Source: Paraphysomonas bandaiensis (taxonomy: Eukaryota; Protista; Chrysophyceae). From it: a DNA stretch of 64,000 nucleotides. This document shows, piece after piece, positions 1-9,391 of the stretch. The notes beneath the pieces were generated by a model. That model saw only the letters and a program-made list of their open reading frames with translations. It was not told the DNA's origin and searched no databases. Made by a program: the position numbers and the translations under genes. Numbering within the stretch: position 1 is the first letter of the stretch; each line of letters starts with the position of its first letter. The stretch lies in assembly GCA_965644295.1 (NCBI GenBank), contig CBFFRP010000152.1, positions 1 to 64,000 of the forward strand. Reading direction: 5' to 3'.

Positions 1-192
1 AACCTATCAATTTAACTGATAAATTATAGCAAAACTCTAAAGATACAGGATTGTTTGTCCTTTCAATATTGCAAGCTTAACTAAGACTGCTAGAGAGTAT
101 ATTTATACATATTTCAGGGTTTCGTCGTCATACTAAAATATACTTATTAGAAGAATCTATAAGGCTAATTGTTTCTACGCTCTATATCTAAG

Positions 193-2049
193 CTACGACT
201 CATCGTCGGAGCTGTCGTCAAAATCCATCATTGCGCAAAACTGCATAGCCAATTCCGCTGCTTTTGCTCGTCTATCTTCATCCGAAATATTTCCTTTTAC
301 AGCTTGCTCCCGCATTTGCCTTGCCTAGGAACAATAGACATACGAGTGGAAATTAGATGCACAAGAAGGAACAACGACGTAGGTCATATTAAGAGGCATA
401 ATTGATAACGTACCTGGGATATTACGTTGGAAAAATCATTCCACATTTTGTCATCTTTATCTTCATTATTCACTGGAAGTACATACCAATAAAGTTAATC
501 ACACTAGACATGGACAACGGCGAGCGATGTATTTTATACGTTATATACCACAACGTGATTTCGCAATTACCACAACACATGCATATTACAAATACTGTTA
601 ATTTGCTTACTTGGAATTGTTCCCTGAATGATGTCCATAAAATCAGGACCAGATTCTTTTTCTGCTGCCGCTACAGCCACAACAATGACGAGGATAATAG
701 ATAAAAAACACTTGTCGGATCACAAATAGATCACATCCATATAAGCAGTGACCATATTGTCATTACCTGAGGCGCACCCTTCTTGAGACTCGACTGCACT
801 AGCACTAGCCTCGTGATTACGATTCGGTTTACAGTCTTCCTTTTCTGTCCTCGTATCATCAGGTTTTTCACTTGGGGTCTCAACTGCTGGCATGCGGAAT
901 ACAGTCTTGTCCACTTGAGCAACTCCTACAAAGACATCAGTATTTAGCAACTGGTTCGGAGGAGTGTACTAATCTACTGCTGTAATACATTACAAATAAC
1001 AACCTGAAGTCTTTTTCTTCATTGACCTCCACATGTTAGAGTTCAGTGCCTCCATTAATCGAGGCAGACCCTCTTTCTCGCGCAGTTGATGTCCTGAGCA
1101 ATATAAATCAGCCATAACATACACCAACAATAAACACGCCATGAAATACACGCCAATATTCTGCACAAACAACCCCTATGAAAACATAAACACACCTTCC
1201 ACGGGGTTGGAGACATCGATTTCAAGATATTCAAAGCCATTATCCAGAGACCACATCAGGCGTTCGTGGCGATGTCTCTCCACAGTTTCTCCATTATCTT
1301 TGTCCTGCGTTATTACATACAATAATAAATCACGCGTCAATAATCTACAGTTACTAGTAGATATAAAATTTATACACATGTAGTTACTGATACTACCTTT
1401 ATGGCTACAAACATACGGACATCGATTCCATTCTCAACCGCGTGGCTGCTAACTGTTGAAATGCTGTCATCGATAACTTCCTAACATACCCCATCAGCAC
1501 TGCGCATCACATATACAGCTTAAGCCTACATCATGTGGAGCTGTTAAGATGCAACACTCGGCTTGAGATACAATATCTCTATATTCTTCACTAGTATGAG
1601 ATGATTGCAGAGACAGAATCAAGTCTGCATCGAAGTACTTGTTTGCTATACTGAATGTAATATTGTCTGATTGACTGTCTCCAGTATGAGGCCTATATAT
1701 AGATTACACAAATATGTAAACATCAATACAAATATATAACTGCTAATATCTCACTACATAACTACAATCATATATATATATATAGGTATAACACTGCATA
1801 CAGTTCTCACTATATATAATAATATCATTACATATATATACAGACATACATACATGCATACATACAATCGTCTCTATGCAGTTATATATATATACAATCA
1901 CGCATATACAGTTATATATATATGTATGTATACCTGAGTATGTAATCAGTATCTAACGAACCCGCACACAGCTCATCATACTGAAGAATACCACTAGTAA
2001 CAGTCTTAATATGAGGTTCACATCCAAAGATAAGAATAGAAGATGACAT
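193..2049 (-). CDS. AAGAB: Alpha/gamma-adaptin-binding protein p34 homolog, multi-exon
   Basis: ATG at 2049 (MSSSILIFGC). Spliced exons give FSIANKYFDADL, REKEGLPRLMEALNSNMW and C-terminal QMREQAVKGNISDEDRRAKAAELAMQFCAMM..DDES*, typical p34 motifs. GT-AG introns; stop at 193-195. Confidence 0.8.
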
Positions 2050-2141
2050 GTTGTTATAGGGTTCTGTTGTGATAGATTAACTATACTAACATACTATCAC
2101 ATCTATGTGCTTATCTCCATATATACATACATATGTATGTA

Positions 2142-2318
2142 CTGGGGGTGGTTGTGAATATCGATTTCATCGATTTGTTCATCGTTTATTTCATCGAAAA
2201 ATCATCGTTTTTTCATTAAAAAGTCACTTTTTTTCACTTTTCACTGAAAAAACAATGATTTTTCGATGAAATAAACGATGAACAAATCGATGAAATCGAT
2301 ATGCACAACCACCCCCAG
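2142..2318. mobile_element. Foldback/MITE-like palindrome (~83-bp arms)
   Basis: ctgggggtggttgtgaatatcg... and ...cgatatgcacaaccacccccag are reverse complements over ~83 bp with ~4 mismatches. Internal TTCATCG-type repeats. No clear TSD. Confidence 0.7.
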
Positions 2319-2591
2319 CTGCATAGACGCATGTATACTATATGGATGAGATATGAGGCAACTTTTACTCAGAGTTGTGCAAGTATGTTGATGTTTTTGG
2401 AAAAAACTTCCTAAAAAACAGGGCTATTGGGACTATTTTCCATTAAAAAAACCATTTTTTGAAAAAACAGGTGTACTCCACTACATACAGTATGTGTATG
2501 TACCTATGTACAGTAGGTAGGTAGGTACAATGTATTTATCTCAGCACATCAGATACTATGTTGGATATACTTGTACTGTAGGTAGGTACAT

Positions 2592-2740
2592 GTATCGGCA
2601 TCCTTTGTATATTTTTGTTCCAAGATGCCTCTAATATTGAGACAATAATTATCTGTATTCCAGACGTAGTTGTATATCAGTAATATCGAGTATATTTGCT
2701 TCAATTTATTTCCGAATAATAAGATGCTGACTGCCGATAC
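2592..2740 (+). mobile_element. ~150-bp MITE family (CGTATC-TIR), copy 1
   Basis: gtatcggca...tgccgatac inverted ends; body aligns by eye to six other copies. Confidence 0.85.
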
Positions 2741-2835
2741 CATGTACATACATAGAGCCGATGTATATGAGATAGAGATGAGAGAGAGTAGTGTTATATA
2801 TCCCCACTAGTCAGTCATATCTCCTCAATCTCGAA

Positions 2836-3678
2836 ATGGAACATGATAGTGACAATACTAGTAGTGATGATGAAACAAATCATTCAATAAACATACGTCC
2901 CAAACATGATGTTCGTTATGTCTTTGTATTAATCGGATGTGTGGCTGTATTATTTATAGTATTAATATTTTATCAAATTAAAGAAATGGATATACAGTTA
3001 CATGATGATGTTCATCATATAACCACTGATTTAACACATATACAAAATATAACAAATGATGAAATGAATAGTAATACACAATCTAAGTGTCCATTGTTTT
3101 TAAATAAAACAATACTAACATTTGGGGATAGCTTAACTAGTGGTTTTCCTAGTGGACATCCCTATTCTCTTATGCTTTCTACCTTGTTACCAATGTCACA
3201 TGTGATTTCAAGTGGTATTCCAGGAGAGATGACATCGGAGATGCTATCCCGACTGACAAAAGAGCTGCCGATTCACAAACCTAATGTCATTATCATATTG
3301 GGTGGAACTAATGATATATTAAGAGATACAGCGGCAAATATTACGCTTGCTAATATCATCAACCTTCACGAATTGGCTAAACAGTGGATAAAATCGCGAA
3401 ACTATACAATTGCTCATACTATTGCTGTTACAATACCCGAGATTGAGAACGGCAGAAACGACAAAACAAGATACGAAATTAACAACGGCTTGAGGGAGTA
3501 TGCTCGTAGCACTAATGGATTTACTGTTATTATGGAATTAGAAGGCATGTATAAACAGTCCTTACCTCAGAATTCGATATACTGGAATGATGATTGTCTT
3601 CATTTTTCACCGTTAGGATATGATAAAGTAGGCGAGGTGGCTTATGAAGTTTTGTGCAGTTTAAGAAAGAATAGTTAA
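2836..3678 (+). CDS. SGNH/GDSL hydrolase with N-terminal TM anchor
   Basis: Blocks FGDSLT, SGIPGE, GGTND and DCLHFS; hydrophobic stretch YVFVLIGCVAVLFIVLIFY; first ATG at 2836. Confidence 0.88.
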   Translation: MEHDSDNTSSDDETNHSINIRPKHDVRYVFVLIGCVAVLFIVLIFYQIKEMDIQLHDDVHHITTDLTHIQNITNDEMNSNTQSKCPLFLNKTILTFGDSLTSGFPSGHPYSLMLSTLLPMSHVISSGIPGEMTSEMLSRLTKELPIHKPNVIIILGGTNDILRDTAANITLANIINLHELAKQWIKSRNYTIAHTIAVTIPEIENGRNDKTRYEINNGLREYARSTNGFTVIMELEGMYKQSLPQNSIYWNDDCLHFSPLGYDKVGEVAYEVLCSLRKNS

Positions 3679-3981
3679 ATAGTTTTGTGACTTTGTAGTA
3701 GGCACACTGACGTATTGAAAGCTTTATACATAAGTGTATTTTATCCATTACTTTTCGTCTCGTTAAGAGAAATTGTATTTTTCCTTTCGCATATCAGGCC
3801 AGAATAGAATCGCTACATGCACTTGACTTATTGATATATACTTCCTCTTACTTTACTATCTCACATAATCCTTATATGTGTCACCATAGCGGACGTGTCG
3901 AAGTAACGAATAATACAGTTCTATCTTAGAGGAACATACGTAATCCAACACCAAACTCACACTAGTAATCGCTAGAAATGT

Positions 3982-4950
3982 CTAATTTTGTTCATACTCA
4001 TCGAACGTTGGATAATATGTTTGAATTTGTCGCTCCATAATAGATATAGACTTCGCATTGCAAATACCTTCAATACTAGGACTCGGAGTCTCTCGTTGAT
4101 CTATGAATTTGAAAGTTTTAGTATCTATTTGTCGACGATACTCATGTGAATTGTAGAGGGATTTTATTGTCAAACATATATCCATTCGTTGAATTTCCAG
4201 TTTACTTAGAAGCATTACAGACATACGGCGAGAGTACTGAAGATATTTTTTCATAGTGTCTTTTGAGACATGAGGAATCATGGTAGTTGTATCAATTGGA
4301 AATTGTTCAAGTGAGAATATACCTCTCTGGTATCTCGTTCCATTCGATTCTTTATTGCTATCGATATTAGTATGAACTTTCGATGAATCCTGTGGTTGAG
4401 AGCAACCCGCGTCCGTCGAGAAATTTACATTAGCATTAAAAAACATAGCTGCTGTAATTCCATACACGTCTGCAGATTGTTTATTGCTCGTGAGAATAGT
4501 CAGATATTGATACGTTACTTTATTCCTATTTCTGCCTGCCCAATGCAATGCTGTACGGCCCCACTATAGTCTTATGATCATATAATGATATGAAGCACTC
4601 TTTAGGTTTACTTACATGATCTACCGTGTCAGGATTGAACCCGTGGTTTAAGAGGACCTTGAGTGTTTCAAAATGACCTTTCATTGCAGCAATATGAAGA
4701 GGTGTAAGGCCATACTAAACAGTATTACTGCCATGTATGATACCACATATACACATCCACAAACCTTCCATGAAATATTACATAGGTCAACAGAAGAGTC
4801 ATCGAGAACTTTAATGAGTGCATTACACTCTCCGGCTAACACGAGATGAACTACAGCTGCAACTACAGCATCCTTGTTATTCACAACTCTGTCATCTAAA
4901 CTCATGCCATTCATGCCCAGTAAGCAACATGAGGAAACTTCAGAACCCAT
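3982..4950 (-). CDS. Ankyrin-repeat protein (3 exons), MGSEVSSCC N-terminus
   Basis: Splicing gives YGLTPLHIAAMKGHFETLKVLLNHGFNPDTVDH-WGRTALHWA, canonical ankyrin repeats. Confidence 0.85.
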
Positions 4951-5562
4951 GGGTTCAATGATTGGGTAAGATATTGTGTGTATAGTTTTATGTATATAGA
5001 AGTAGAGTGTCTATACATATAGAGCAATATGTATATATATAGTGTAGTTTGATGGGTCATTATAGTAACACTTAAGATATAGAATGAAAGAAAGAACTGC
5101 ATGATTATTAGTTGAAATCTGCGATAAGGATGATAATTTTGCAATTAATAGCTCAAACAATGCACAGCTATATATACAGCTTACAACTTAATATTAAGAG
5201 TAACTGCTCTTATCATGGCACCGCAAGATATCCTGATATCTATACCATGCATCACAATTGTACCTCAAAAGTGGTAGTTTTTCATAAACCAGGTATAAAA
5301 TATCGTATTTTACCAATATATTAGGATTTTTATATTTTTCTTTGATTTTTAGATATAAGATTCTGATTTTGAACCGTTTTTTGGTATGATCCCATTGTCG
5401 TACTTGGACTCATCATACCATACATACATACCATACATACATACCATACATACTGCTGTATGCTGGGATACACTGCTTTACTTCTTGTCAATACATATAC
5501 ATATATGCATGAGTTAAACCTCTACATCACACTTCATTACAATCCTTCATGTATATATAAAC

Positions 5563-6483
5563 ATGTCAACTTCACACCATATCTTGAAGAGTTTTTATCT
5601 TTTATTATTATTTTTCTATATATCTACTGCACATAAATCCCTTACACATAATATTATAGTAGTATGTGATGGGGAAACAAAGTATATGAATTCTATTATA
5701 AGAAAAGTTGCTACTGATAAATATAATGAATATGTACGTGATTTACATCGTTGGACACCAGAAAAAAATAAAACTTATGGTTTTTATTTTGCATCTAAAT
5801 ATATGGATTTTCTAGATTATGAAAATAAATTAGGAAACTATCGTGCAGTGGTGTTTACACATCATCCATTAGATACATTCATACGTGCTAATAAACGGAA
5901 TAGAAAATCAAATGATCCATGGATATTAAAGAAACGTGGGTTTTTATATGGTAGTAGTTATTCAACATATATCAAGAAACTATCAAACCGTGATGGTATC
6001 TTATTAGAGCTGACATGTGCTCTGGATGTACATGAATTAGTGAAATTGGTATCAATGACATCCGATAATCAGAATGTTTTACTTTATCGGGATATTGATA
6101 TGGCTTCAAATCTTACTTTATCGGGTATTATTGTGTCTGATCATTTGGGTATTGATAGGAAGTCATGGACTGATGCTTCACGGAGGGTAATACGTGAGAA
6201 AACTTCTACAAAAGAAGAATTTCTGTTCGAAAGTTCCTTAGATTGTATCCATTACAATCATTTCAACGCCATATATGGTCTAAGCGCATTGTGTCAGTCT
6301 GGATACGGTGACACTGTGGATTTGTTTCGTAGCCAAATGCAGAAAACATGTGCCAATGAACAAGAGTCCGACAAATATGTTGCGCATAATTGCACGTGTT
6401 ATCATGACTCCGGGATAAAGTATACCTTTCAAGGGTGCAAATATATAAAGCCACATCCAAAGTTCTTTATACGAGGAATGTGA
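5563..6483 (+). CDS. Hypothetical secreted/anchored protein, 306 aa (weak sulfotransferase-like resemblance)
   Basis: Intronless ORF with a hydrophobic N-terminus; VVFTHHPLDTFI and NVLLYRDIDM loosely resemble sulfotransferase blocks. Confidence 0.6.
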   Translation: MSTSHHILKSFYLLLLFFYISTAHKSLTHNIIVVCDGETKYMNSIIRKVATDKYNEYVRDLHRWTPEKNKTYGFYFASKYMDFLDYENKLGNYRAVVFTHHPLDTFIRANKRNRKSNDPWILKKRGFLYGSSYSTYIKKLSNRDGILLELTCALDVHELVKLVSMTSDNQNVLLYRDIDMASNLTLSGIIVSDHLGIDRKSWTDASRRVIREKTSTKEEFLFESSLDCIHYNHFNAIYGLSALCQSGYGDTVDLFRSQMQKTCANEQESDKYVAHNCTCYHDSGIKYTFQGCKYIKPHPKFFIRGM

Positions 6484-7169
6484 CCGCAGTCGTCATGAGT
6501 TGTAGTGTAGTAGTATGAGATGAGGGGCGCAATATGCGAATTATTTTGTAAGCGCTGCTTTTATTTAGTCGTGTTTTAGCGTAAGCATCGTAATATATAT
6601 TAATATCCAAGAACTAAACCTGGATAATTTAGTAGTTAGCGTTGCATACTCGTGGTGCTGAATCTTTTGTGTATTTTGGTGCTATGGCCAAGCAGACGTT
6701 GGATGATAGTAGTCATAGTAGTACTGATAAAAATTACATTCCAATAGTATTGCAGATCGTAATGGGACTACTTGACCAGAATATATATTCTGATATATTT
6801 GTCAGATTGCATGCGGCGGTTACCTGAACTATTCCTTTAAAGCCGTTCCTTTTGACAATTCTACTTTCCCGAATATATAGAGTTTTTTCTATATAATCAA
6901 CACAGCCAAATCCAATACACAATCTATAACACCGAGATTTTGCACTGCTTCTACCACCCTACTACCCGTGTACCAACGTAGCTGACCGCGCAGATTCTGT
7001 TACCTCCCTACCCGTTTTCACCTTTGCTAAGATTACGCGAGATTTCTCATAGCTATGCATGACTTATATATGTAATTCGCGCAGATTCTGGTAGTACCAT
7101 GTTTACCTTCCCATTACCTAAAAGAGATTACGGGGAGCTGCTTGTGACCATGCATGACTCAGTATAGGC

Positions 7170-7258
7170 CAGGGCCTGGTAACCATTAATGGCCTATTAA
7201 TGATAGTCCAGTTCCCAATTATAATGGCCATTTAATGGCTATTACTAGCTACTAACTT
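7170..7258 (-). mobile_element. Solo terminal fragment of the hAT element at 60032-61162
   Basis: Starts with the same 23 bp (cagggcctggtaaccattaatgg) as 60032. The rest matches the reverse complement of 61080-61162. Flanks are gtataggc / gtataggt. Confidence 0.75.
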
Positions 7259-7440
7259 GTATAGGTCTAGCGTCTAGCGTGATATTGGCCGGGCTCCCAC
7301 CTCCCCTAGAATGCGCGGGGTTTCTCGTATAGGCTATCTAGCTGGAGCTTTCTTGGCGCCGACACACAAAGAATATGCTGAGATTTTGTTAACAATCTGT
7401 AGGATACTTAGCTTAATGAAAACTAATGCTTTACTAGGGA

Positions 7441-8096
7441 ACGCTCTCGGAATGGGGCAGGACTAAATAACTTATAATGAGACATTAGAATCGTCGGTGT
7501 GGTAGAAGTGTCTTGTTGCCTTACGAACCCATCTCTCAATATGGTTATCGAAGTGCTTGATGAGATATCCTTATGGGTTATACCACCATACCCCCACAGA
7601 CATTCTTACCACTACAGCGGTTCACCGACTGGTCGGTTAACTTCCTTGCTAACTCCTTTGACGCTATCTCAGCTGTCTGCTGTACATCAGCACTCCTTTT
7701 ATCCTTACTTGTGCTGCTTTGCTTATGAATATCGCATGTGAATGCCAGGTATGTTGGTGAAAAACGGCAAAACAACTTTCTCGCCCATCGGTCAGGCTAA
7801 CCCTAATCACTGCGTACGGCCTTCTAGTGGGTGCTGCCGAGTGCTGCGACCACGCACCTCTACCTATATGTACAAATTGCTTTGTTCAGCGTTTCCACAC
7901 ACCCGGGTTCTCACTGCATATTCAGCGCTAAATACCGTGAGATAATTATGTAGCTAGTAGGGTTCAGTAGGTAGCTAGCAAATAAGTATTTGTGAGGTAC
8001 CCACCCGGCTCTACCTAAGCACGCACACAGAATGGAGCAGCACGCTCACGGAATGGGGCAGGACCAAATATCACATAATGAGACATCAGAGTCGAC
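7441..8096 (+). repeat. Pair of 55-bp direct repeats 601 bp apart (7441-7495, 8042-8096)
   Basis: acgctc(t/a)cggaatggggcaggac(t/c)aaata...ataatgagacat; ~8 mismatches in 55 bp. Confidence 0.75.
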
Positions 8097-8303
8097 TTAC
8101 TTACAGTGCGACATCTGCACTTCTCTACTACTACTCCACTACTAACAAGTGACTGTGCCATGAACGGCAAGCAACTTCCATTAGAATTTATTCCATCGAT
8201 TAATAAAAAATGTCCTTATCAAATGCTTACAACCAGAGCGGCTTAAATTAGAATAAACTCTACCGCCACAATAAGACATACAAACATCAAAAATAGCTGC
8301 GTT

Positions 8304-8502
8304 TTATCCAAAAAGGAGTTGGCCTGACGTAAATCTTTCGAGGATTCGGGCTCTCATATCAGCATATTCAGCTTCCGTTATCAAACTATTGGATAGTGCA
8401 TCCTCCAACTGATGCAAGACCCCTGAAAGACTATTCCTCTGTTCGCTATCTACACCCACCACTACAGCAGCAGTAGTAGTAGCAGCCTCGTAAAGTATTC
8501 AT
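8304..8502 (-). pseudogene. Internally deleted, frameshifted duplicate of the 13193-14026 gene
   Basis: 8209-8491 is near-identical to 13098-13380, and 8492 onward matches 14016 onward. The 635-bp deletion joins at a 2-bp microhomology and shifts frame. Confidence 0.85.
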
Positions 8503-8545
8503 AATAAAAGTGTATAATTAATGAGTTCTAGATACTGCACACTGA

Positions 8546-8682
8546 CGTATCGGCATCCTTCAAAGATGCCTGTAATATTGAGGCAACAATTATGTGTATT
8601 CCAGCCGTAGTTGTGTTGCAGTAATATAAAGTATATTTGCTTCAATTTACTACCGAAAATTAAGATGCTGACTGCAGATACG
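8546..8682 (+). mobile_element. CGTATC-MITE copy 2 (small internal deletion), GA TSD
   Basis: ga|cgtatcggca...tgcagatacg|ga; the empty site cacactgaatagattgagag is present at ~14078-14097. Confidence 0.88.
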
Positions 8683-9126
8683 GAATAGATTGAGAGCAGA
8701 AGCAATGATGCACAGATAAAAAAGTCCGTGTATTTGTCCATTTTTTACTGAATATACTCGCTTGCGATGAGATTTTGTGAGGAGACGTTTTTCGACAAAG
8801 CGGACCAGTTTGGTCCCACTTCTTTTTTTTGTATTGTGTTTTTTGGTATGGAACTTGAGTGTAGAGCTTTGAAATGACGAGTAGGACCATCTACAGTCCG
8901 ACAAGTGCGTGGAGGGCTGGTCCACTTTGTCATGTACGCTGCAATACCGGTATACACATACATACAGTACATATACACACGTGGATACAGACGGACACAT
9001 ATATGCAAAAAACGTCTCCGAGGGAGCTAAATCGAAACTATCCCATCCGAAGTATGAAAAATAGTTGAGAAAATATCCTGGAAACATCCGTATTTTGTGG
9101 CGCAGTGGGAACAAGGACCCTAAGGA

Positions 9127-9278
9127 CGTATCAGCAGACTGCTATATATTTTTGTTCAAAGATACCTTAGATATTGAGACAACAATTACGTGTATTCTAG
9201 CCGTAGTTGTACTGCAGTAATATAAAGTATATTTGCTTCAAATTATCTCCGAAAATGAAAATGCTGACTGTGGATACA
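9127..9278 (+). mobile_element. CGTATC-MITE copy 3
   Basis: cgtatcagca...tgtggataca; body aligns to the family. Confidence 0.8.
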
Positions 9279-9391
9279 CAATCCGGCAACAGAGAAGACT
9301 CCAATGGAGTCTATGGTGATTATCTGTGGCATATACAGTTGAAAGTGCATCTGATAATCATCTTTTCTCTTTCATTTCTCATTGTGCAAAC

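Noticed and set aside
2549-2749. Similar small ORFs at 2549, 8499, 9207, 16869 and 19281 as a peptide family
   Set aside because: They are translations of the MITE in inconsistent frames and strands.
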